In this document: positions 57,393-64,000 of the stretch, piece by piece | Layout: every line of letters begins with the position of its first letter | Position numbering within the stretch: position 1 is the stretch's first letter | From: Microgenomates group bacterium Gr01-1014_7 | GTDB taxonomy: Bacteria > Patescibacteriota > Microgenomatia > Daviesbacterales > UBA10151 | Assembly (NCBI GenBank): GCA_007376405.1 | Contig: VMGD01000002.1 | Coordinates: forward strand, 8,159 to 72,158 | Reading direction: 5' to 3' | DNA length: 64,000 bases | Notes under the pieces: model-generated | Told to the model about the DNA's origin: nothing | Databases searched by the model: none | What the model saw: only the letters and a program-made list of their open reading frames with translations | Translations under genes and position numbers: made by a program

Positions 57393-58645
57393 ATATTTTT
57401 AAAGGAGCATTGTCACAACTAAATACAGCTTCAAAATATCTTAACCTCAAAGATGATATTTTGGAAAAATTAAAAAGTCCTGACAGGACAATAGAAATAA
57501 CTGTTCCCTATAAAAAGGATGGAAAATTAATGACAGTAAGAGGGTATAGAGTTCAGTTCAATAATATTCTTGGTCCTTATAAAGGCGGTCTTCGTTATCA
57601 CCAAGAAGTGGATATGGATGAAGTAAAGGCTCTTGCCTTTTGGATGATGATAAAAAATGCAATTGTAGGTGTTCCGTTTGGAGGGAGTAAGGGTGGAATA
57701 GAGATTGATCCCCGGGATTTATCAGAGGAAGAGCTTGAGGAATTATCCAGGAATTTTGCCAAAATGCTTGCTCCAAATATAGGTCCGTACATGGATGTAC
57801 CTGCTCCTGATGTGAATACCAATTCTAAAATAATGGATTGGATAGAAGATGAGTATTCAAAAGTTACTGGAAAGCGTCAAAAAGCTGTAGTTACTGGCAA
57901 ATCATTAACAAATGGAGGATCAGAAGGAAGAAAAGAAGCAACTGGATTGGGAGGTTTTTTTGTACTTGAGCAATTAATAAAAAAATTAGGACTTAAAAAA
58001 CCTTTGACTGTTGCCGTTCAGGGATTTGGCAATGTTGGTTCAAATATAGCCAAAATACTTTTCAAATATGGGTACAATGTGGTGGCTCTTTCGGATGCAA
58101 AAGGAGCGATCTACGACTCATCGGGGAAGGGTTTTAATATAGAGCTGGTAAAGAAATGCAGAGAGGAAAAAGGATATTTGGCAGGGTGTTATTGCATTGG
58201 TTCTGTTTGTGATATAGCCAGAAAATATGACGGGGTTATCCCAAAGGATGAGCTTTTAGAATTACCTGTGGATATATTAATTCCTGCGGCATTGGAAAAT
58301 GTAATTACTGCAAAAAATGCTGGAGCTATTAAAGCAAAAATTGTTTTTGAGATGGCAAATGGACCAACAACCCCTGATGCGGATAAAATTTTAAACAAAA
58401 GAGGAATTTTAGTTGTGCCGGATGTTTTGTGTAATAGCGGAGGAGTAACGGTTTCCTATTTTGAATGGTATCAAAATATGAAACATGAAAAGTGGTCTCT
58501 AGAAAAAGTTAATGAAAAATTAAAAGAAAAAATGGTCAAAGCATTTGAGGAAGTATGGGAAATACACAAGGAGAAAAAAGTTGATCTTAGAACTGCAGCA
58601 TATATTTTGGCTCTAAAAAGACTGGCTGAAAAAATGAGACTTTAA
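57389..58645 (+). CDS. Glu/Leu/Phe/Val dehydrogenase (probably glutamate dehydrogenase)
   Basis: GPYKGGLRY, GGSKGG, VPAPDV, QGFGNVG, ANGP. Confidence 0.93.
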   Translation: MNIFKGALSQLNTASKYLNLKDDILEKLKSPDRTIEITVPYKKDGKLMTVRGYRVQFNNILGPYKGGLRYHQEVDMDEVKALAFWMMIKNAIVGVPFGGSKGGIEIDPRDLSEEELEELSRNFAKMLAPNIGPYMDVPAPDVNTNSKIMDWIEDEYSKVTGKRQKAVVTGKSLTNGGSEGRKEATGLGGFFVLEQLIKKLGLKKPLTVAVQGFGNVGSNIAKILFKYGYNVVALSDAKGAIYDSSGKGFNIELVKKCREEKGYLAGCYCIGSVCDIARKYDGVIPKDELLELPVDILIPAALENVITAKNAGAIKAKIVFEMANGPTTPDADKILNKRGILVVPDVLCNSGGVTVSYFEWYQNMKHEKWSLEKVNEKLKEKMVKAFEEVWEIHKEKKVDLRTAAYILALKRLAEKMRL

Positions 58646-59086
58646 CCTTTTTGTAATTTGCTTTGTAATTACCAGAGAAATTATTCCTACGGCGAAGCCT
58701 CCTAAAATATCCAGAGGATAATGTACTCCAACATAAATTCTGGAAACTCCAACCCACAGCATTAAAAATAGAAAAAGAGGCGCCCACTTGGATTTAAAAT
58801 GGACAAAAGAGAAGGCAAGTACCGCCATTAAGGAAGCATGTACTGATGGAAAAGAAGCATCCCCAACTGGATCCACAAGAGGAGAAAAATGATAACTTAT
58901 GAAAGGTCTTGGTTCAAAATAAAGCAGGTGAACGCTTTTAATAATAAGAACTAAAATAGGTATTGATAGAGTTGCTAGTATGAGTGCTTTTTTTTCTTTG
59001 ACACCGCCCTTAAAGAAAAAAACAAACATTAATATAAAGGTGAAATAGATAATAAATCTGGCACCAAATATCATTAAATTATCCAT
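58613..59086 (-). CDS. PAP2-family phosphatase (undecaprenyl-diphosphatase-like)
   Basis: PRP, SFPSVH, SRIYVGVHYPLD. Confidence 0.9.
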   Translation of the reverse strand: MDNLMIFGARFIIYFTFILMFVFFFKGGVKEKKALILATLSIPILVLIIKSVHLLYFEPRPFISYHFSPLVDPVGDASFPSVHASLMAVLAFSFVHFKSKWAPLFLFLMLWVGVSRIYVGVHYPLDILGGFAVGIISLVITKQITKRLKSHFFSQSF

Positions 59087-59456
59087 TAAATATGTATGGT
59101 AAAAAGACCAGAACACCTGCTATTGCTGCGGTCGCCGCGGCGACCAAAACAGCTCCGGCTGAAATATCTTTGGCCAGTTTTGCTCCCGGATGATTTTTTT
59201 CAACAAACTGATCAACCACTGCCTCAATTGCGGTGTTAGTTAATTCAACAGAAATTACCAAACCAATTAAAATAATTATTGTAATCCAGTCTTGTCTGGT
59301 AAATCTTAAAATAAAAGAAAGTAAAATTACCAAAAGGCCTGCCAAAAAATGAAACTTTAAATTAGGTTCCTCTTTTAAAGCATCAACAAGCCCGGCAAAA
59401 GCATACTTAAAAGACAATATATGAAACTTTTTAGAATCCACGTTTTTAGTATACAC
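59079..59456 (-). CDS. dgkA: Diacylglycerol/undecaprenol kinase family
   Basis: SFKYAFAG, ELTNTAIE, AKDISAGAV. Confidence 0.9.
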   Translation of the reverse strand: MYTKNVDSKKFHILSFKYAFAGLVDALKEEPNLKFHFLAGLLVILLSFILRFTRQDWITIIILIGLVISVELTNTAIEAVVDQFVEKNHPGAKLAKDISAGAVLVAAATAAIAGVLVFLPYIFNG

Positions 59457-59501
59457 TATCCCAACCCTTGACTTATAGCTTCATTTTGGTTATATTAGGC
59501 T

Positions 59502-60905
59502 ATGGGAAACCGAATTATAGAAAAATGCGGTATATTCGGAGTTTACGGGCCAGGTTTTCAAGCAGCCCGTTTAGTTCACCCGGGCCTTTGGGCACTTCAA
59601 CACCGCGGCCAGGAATCCTCAGGTATAGCATCATCAAACGGGAAAAAGATTTATCTTCACAAAGGAATGGGACTTGTTTCCCATGTTTTTGAAGAAAAAG
59701 ATTTAAAGAAATTAAAAGGTTACTTGGCCATCGGCCAGAATCGTTATTCAACATCCGGTGAATCTACAGTCTTTCATGCCCAGCCAATTTTAGAAAAAGT
59801 TGGGAGAAAGGGCGATATTGCTTTAGTTCACAACGGCAACCTTCCTTCAGTAAAAAAATTAAAAGATTTTTTGACCGGCAAAAAAATTAAAACCAATGGT
59901 TTTAATGATTCGGAAATGATTGCCAAAGCAATTGCTTTTTATGTAAGAGAAGGACTTTCTTTGGAAGAGGCAATCAAAAAAAGCTACCCATTGTTTACAG
60001 GAGTATTTTGTCTGCTGCTCATGGATGAGAAAAAAATTATTGGTGTAAAGGATAGTTTTGGTATCAGGCCATTGTGTATTGGTAAGTTAAATGGTGGATT
60101 TGTGATTGCTTCCGAAACTTGCGCGCTGGATATTATTGGGGCAAAGTTTTTAAGGGAAGTAAAACCGGGAGAAATGGTAGTTGTTGATGAAAAGGGATTA
60201 AAGAGCATCCAAATAGAAAAAGGCCAACAAAAACTTGATGTATTTGAATTTGTTTATTTTGCCAGACCGGACAGTTTTTTGCTGGGAAAAAGCGTTGATT
60301 TGGTCAGGCAAAATCTCGGGATAGAATTGGCAAAAGAGGTAAACTCAAAAGCGGATGTTGTAATTCCTGTTCCGGATTCGGCGATTCCTGCGGCAATAGG
60401 TTTTTCCAAGGCTTCAAAAATACCTTTTGAAATGGGTCTTATTAAAAACCGCTATATTCACAGGACTTTTATTATGCCGGAGGAGCATACCAGAAAAAGC
60501 GGCGTAAGATTAAAACTTAATCCAATGCCCCATGTAATTTCGGGTAAAAAAGTTATTTTAATTGATGATTCAATAGTCAGGGGAACAACCTCTAAACAAA
60601 TAATTAAAATGGTCAGAGATGCCGGAGCAAAGGAGGTACATTTATTAATCTCATCTCCGCCTGTTAAATTTCCTGATTTCTATGGCATTAATACTCCAAC
60701 GCAAAAAGAATTAATAGCAGCCAATAAAAAAATTAAAGAAATTGCAGAAACATTGGGAGTTGATTCATTGCATTATTTATCTTATACAGGACTACTCAAG
60801 GCAGTTGGGTTACCTAAAGATTTACTTTGTACGTCATGTTTTACAGGGGAATACCCGGTTGATATTGGGGAGAGAAAAAGAGAAATAACCTATGATGTTG
60901 TTTAG
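59502..60905 (+). CDS. purF: Amidophosphoribosyltransferase
   Basis: CGIFG after a short propeptide, QHRGQE, RYSTSG, DDSIVRGTT. Confidence 0.96.
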   Translation: MGNRIIEKCGIFGVYGPGFQAARLVHPGLWALQHRGQESSGIASSNGKKIYLHKGMGLVSHVFEEKDLKKLKGYLAIGQNRYSTSGESTVFHAQPILEKVGRKGDIALVHNGNLPSVKKLKDFLTGKKIKTNGFNDSEMIAKAIAFYVREGLSLEEAIKKSYPLFTGVFCLLLMDEKKIIGVKDSFGIRPLCIGKLNGGFVIASETCALDIIGAKFLREVKPGEMVVVDEKGLKSIQIEKGQQKLDVFEFVYFARPDSFLLGKSVDLVRQNLGIELAKEVNSKADVVIPVPDSAIPAAIGFSKASKIPFEMGLIKNRYIHRTFIMPEEHTRKSGVRLKLNPMPHVISGKKVILIDDSIVRGTTSKQIIKMVRDAGAKEVHLLISSPPVKFPDFYGINTPTQKELIAANKKIKEIAETLGVDSLHYLSYTGLLKAVGLPKDLLCTSCFTGEYPVDIGERKREITYDVV

Positions 60906-62808
60906 TAAAAAGAAAATAGCAATTTTAATTTCTGACAAAGGGACAGGTACTAATCTGCAGGCAATTATCGATGGGGTAATCTTTAAAAAAATTAATGCAA
61001 AAATAATTTCAGTTATTTCCGATACAAAAGACGCGTTTGGTTTAAAAAGAGCAAAGAAGTATAAACTTCCTGTTAAAATAGTTCCCAAAAAAGAAGATTT
61101 ACTACCTACACTTAAAAAATTAAACCCGGATTATATTTGTTTGGCAGGATGGAAGCAAATTATTTTGGAGCAAGTTTTAGATAACTTTCCCAACAGGATT
61201 TTAAATACTCATCCAGGATTAATACCGGATACTTTGGATGGAGTTGTAAAAAATCCCGACGGTACAAATGCGATATGGAATAAAGGGAAAATGACAGATA
61301 AGGCCATACAGAATTTTATTAATAGCAAATCAACTTATGCCGGATGCACCAATCATTTTTTATCACATGAATTTGACTTTGGTCCGGTATTAGGAAGGTG
61401 TTTTGAAAAAATTAAAAAGGGGGACACTGTTAAATCTTTATATAGAAGATTAAAAGTAAAAGAAAACAAATTATATGTGGATGTTTTGGTAAGACTATGC
61501 AAAAAGGACGGTCAAAAAGTTTTAGTCGTGGATGGAGGAGGGAGAGGTGCCGCTTTGGTTGACAAATATGCACAGTCTGAAAAAGTTTTCAGGATTTTGG
61601 CAGTTCCTGGAAATGACTTAATGCAAATTAACACAAAAAAGGAAGTCAAAATTTTCCCCAATTTGAAAACTACTGACATCTACGAGATTTTAGAAATTTG
61701 CAAAAAGGAGAAGATAGATTTGGTTGATGTTGCCCAAGATAATGCAGTGGAGGCAGGATTGGTTGATACGTTAATGCTAAACGGGATTCCCGTAATAGGA
61801 CCAATAAGTTCTGCTGGTCAAATTGAATGGGATAAAGCATGGGCAAGAAAATTCATGGGTAAGTACTCTATCCCTGCTCCTAAATATCAAATTTTTTATA
61901 CAGAAAAAGAGGGCAAAGAGTATGTAAAAAATCTTCCTGCTATTAAATGCTTTGTAAAAGCGTCAGGACTTGCAGAAGGCAAAGGAGCAATACCCGCAAA
62001 CAATAAAGAAGAGGCAATAAATGCTATAAAACAAATGTCTAAATTTGGGAGATCAGGTGATACTTATCTCTTGGAAGAGTGGCTGAAGGGTGAGGAATTT
62101 TCTGCTTTTGCCCTTTGTGATGGCGAAAACTTTCAGATAGTAGGATATGCGCAAGACCATAAAAGAGTTTTTGATCAAGATTTAGGACCAAACACTGGTG
62201 GGATGGGTTGTGTTTCAAATCCATTAATAGTTGATAAAAGTATTAAAAAACAGGTTGAAGAAATTTTTAGAAAAACAGTTAATGGATTAAAGGACGAAGG
62301 AAGGCCCTATATGGGAGTTTTATATTTAGGAGTAATGGTTGTTAAAGGAAAGGTCTTGTGTTTAGAATTTAATGCCAGATGGGGGGACCCTGAAGCGCAA
62401 GTTATAATTCCGGGGGTTAAAAATGATTTCATAGAAATTGCCGATGCAATAATTTATGGAAAAATTAAAAATCTAAAATTAAAAATGGATAAGCAAGTAA
62501 GAGTAGCTTTGACAGCAACAGCGAAGGGATATCCGGTGGATTATTCGGATGTAAAAGGAAAGAAAATCTACGGAATCGAAAATGCGCTAAGGACAGGGGT
62601 TAAAATCTATGGAGCCGGAATCAAAAAAGTTAATTCAAATTATGTAGTTGCAGGAGGAAGAGTATTTCATCTGGTTGCAGAAGGAAAGGATATCCTTGAA
62701 GCAAGGCATAAAGCATATAAAGCAATGAAATTAATAAATATTGAAGGAAATAATTTGCATTATAGAACTGATATTGGTTGGCGAGATTTAGAAAGGTTCA
62801 AGAAATGA
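60892..62808 (+). CDS. purD: Fused PurN (GAR transformylase)-PurD (GAR synthetase)
   Basis: N-terminal GTNLQAI, LAGW, NTHP; C-terminal KASGLAEGKG, QDHKR, NTGGMG, EFNARWGDPE. Confidence 0.9.
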   Translation: MMLFSKKKIAILISDKGTGTNLQAIIDGVIFKKINAKIISVISDTKDAFGLKRAKKYKLPVKIVPKKEDLLPTLKKLNPDYICLAGWKQIILEQVLDNFPNRILNTHPGLIPDTLDGVVKNPDGTNAIWNKGKMTDKAIQNFINSKSTYAGCTNHFLSHEFDFGPVLGRCFEKIKKGDTVKSLYRRLKVKENKLYVDVLVRLCKKDGQKVLVVDGGGRGAALVDKYAQSEKVFRILAVPGNDLMQINTKKEVKIFPNLKTTDIYEILEICKKEKIDLVDVAQDNAVEAGLVDTLMLNGIPVIGPISSAGQIEWDKAWARKFMGKYSIPAPKYQIFYTEKEGKEYVKNLPAIKCFVKASGLAEGKGAIPANNKEEAINAIKQMSKFGRSGDTYLLEEWLKGEEFSAFALCDGENFQIVGYAQDHKRVFDQDLGPNTGGMGCVSNPLIVDKSIKKQVEEIFRKTVNGLKDEGRPYMGVLYLGVMVVKGKVLCLEFNARWGDPEAQVIIPGVKNDFIEIADAIIYGKIKNLKLKMDKQVRVALTATAKGYPVDYSDVKGKKIYGIENALRTGVKIYGAGIKKVNSNYVVAGGRVFHLVAEGKDILEARHKAYKAMKLINIEGNNLHYRTDIGWRDLERFKK

Positions 62809-64000
62809 TTCAAGTAATTAGAGTAAAAAATATAGTTGGGCCCAAAAGAGACAAAAAAGTTACTAAAGCTGAAAGTGCAAAGGTTTATAGATTGGAAGGG
62901 GCAAGCGAAAAGCAAGCAAAAATTTTGGCGGAAAAAGTTTTTTGTGAAAATATTTATCAAGCCTACACCCTAAATTCTCCAATAATTAAAGGCGCAAGGG
63001 AGGTTATAGAAATTGCATATAAGCCGGGAGTGATGAATCCTGAAGTTTCATCAATTAAAAAAGTGGCTGCTGATTTAGGAATTAAACTTATTGCAGCCGA
63101 TTCATCTCGTGAGTATGGATTTTTTGGAGATGTAACAAAAACAGAAGTAGAGCAAATCGTAAATAAACTGCATCTTCTAAATCATATGGTTGAACATATT
63201 GTAAAGAGAGAGCCAAAAACACTTGTTATCAAAGGATTGCCGGGTAAAACAAATATTATCAAAATACGGGAGATGAACGAGACTAAATTAAGCGAGCTTT
63301 CAAAAGACAAGTTATTTCTAAATTTAGAGGAGATGAAAGTTATTCAAAATTATTTTCAAAAGATTAAAAGGGATCCAACGGATTTAGAATTGGAAACTTT
63401 AGCACAAACATGGAGTGAGCACTGCGCCCACAAGATTTTTAAAGCAAAAGTAATTCTAGATGGTAAGGAAAAAGAACCATTCTTCACTCGTCTTAAAAAA
63501 GAAGCTTTAAAACACTCTAAATTTATAGTTTCGGCATTTGTTGATAATGCCGGAGTGATGGATTTTTATGACGGTTGGGCCATTAACGGAAAAGCAGAAA
63601 CTCACAATGCTCCATCCGCCATAGAACCATATGGAGGAGCTATGACCGGGTCGGGAGGAGTTTTTAGGGATGTGGTGGCAACCGGCCAGGGAGCAAAAGC
63701 AGTTGCCTCAACTGATATTTTTTGTTTGGCACCGCCCGATTTACCAAAAGAAAAATTACCGGAGGGGACTCTTCCTCCGGATTATATATTGAAGCGGGTA
63801 GTGGCTGCAGTCAGAGATTACGGTAACAGAATAGGTATCCCCACTAATAATGGGTCATTTCACTTTCACGGCGATTTCCGCGCCAAACCAATTGTTTTAG
63901 TTGGGGCTTATGGAATTTTGCCAAAGAAAAAAGCTAAAAAAGGTCAACCCAAAATTGGGGATTTGGCAGTTGTGATTGGTGGAAGAACCGGAAGAGACGG
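62805..64000 (+). CDS. purL: Phosphoribosylformylglycinamidine synthase PurL, 3'-partial
   Basis: ATG overlaps the purD stop; frame encodes QTWSEHCAHK and ETHNAPSAIEPYGGAMTG; open to the window end (absent from the ORF track). Confidence 0.92.
   Translation, partial: MIQVIRVKNIVGPKRDKKVTKAESAKVYRLEGASEKQAKILAEKVFCENIYQAYTLNSPIIKGAREVIEIAYKPGVMNPEVSSIKKVAADLGIKLIAADSSREYGFFGDVTKTEVEQIVNKLHLLNHMVEHIVKREPKTLVIKGLPGKTNIIKIREMNETKLSELSKDKLFLNLEEMKVIQNYFQKIKRDPTDLELETLAQTWSEHCAHKIFKAKVILDGKEKEPFFTRLKKEALKHSKFIVSAFVDNAGVMDFYDGWAINGKAETHNAPSAIEPYGGAMTGSGGVFRDVVATGQGAKAVASTDIFCLAPPDLPKEKLPEGTLPPDYILKRVVAAVRDYGNRIGIPTNNGSFHFHGDFRAKPIVLVGAYGILPKKKAKKGQPKIGDLAVVIGGRTGRD

Overview
Low-GC bacterial chromosome segment (code 11). 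The gene style (short tsf and tig, many apparently leaderless starts, PaaX/Cas2-like and four-helix-bundle genes) suggests Patescibacteria/CPR, probably Microgenomates; this is inference. The left ~6 kb is an accessory island. It holds a MoxR/AAA_5-like ATPase, a complete diversity-generating retroelement and a large serine recombinase. The DGR has its target VR at 1921-2040 and TR at 3781-3900, with 18 of 19 mismatches at TR adenines, and its RT is inverted and overlaps avd head-to-head. The recombinase follows a heavily base-paired leader and runs antisense through tRNA-Thr(GGT). The rest is mostly housekeeping (mre/PBP2, topA, rpsB-tsf-frr, proS, cysS, dnaX-recR), plus pyrimidine, purine and folate genes, five type II TA pairs and a 6S RNA candidate. 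Three dispersed repeat systems are not explained by the gene calls. One is a 34-bp palindrome that brackets a PaaX/Cas2-like gene and recurs alone before dcd. Another is 7-nt-periodic inverted arms around Avd-like four-helix-bundle genes, with an 'empty' copy nearby. The third is REP-like palindromes inserted in frame in core genes. All calls were made by eye from motifs; no searches were run.
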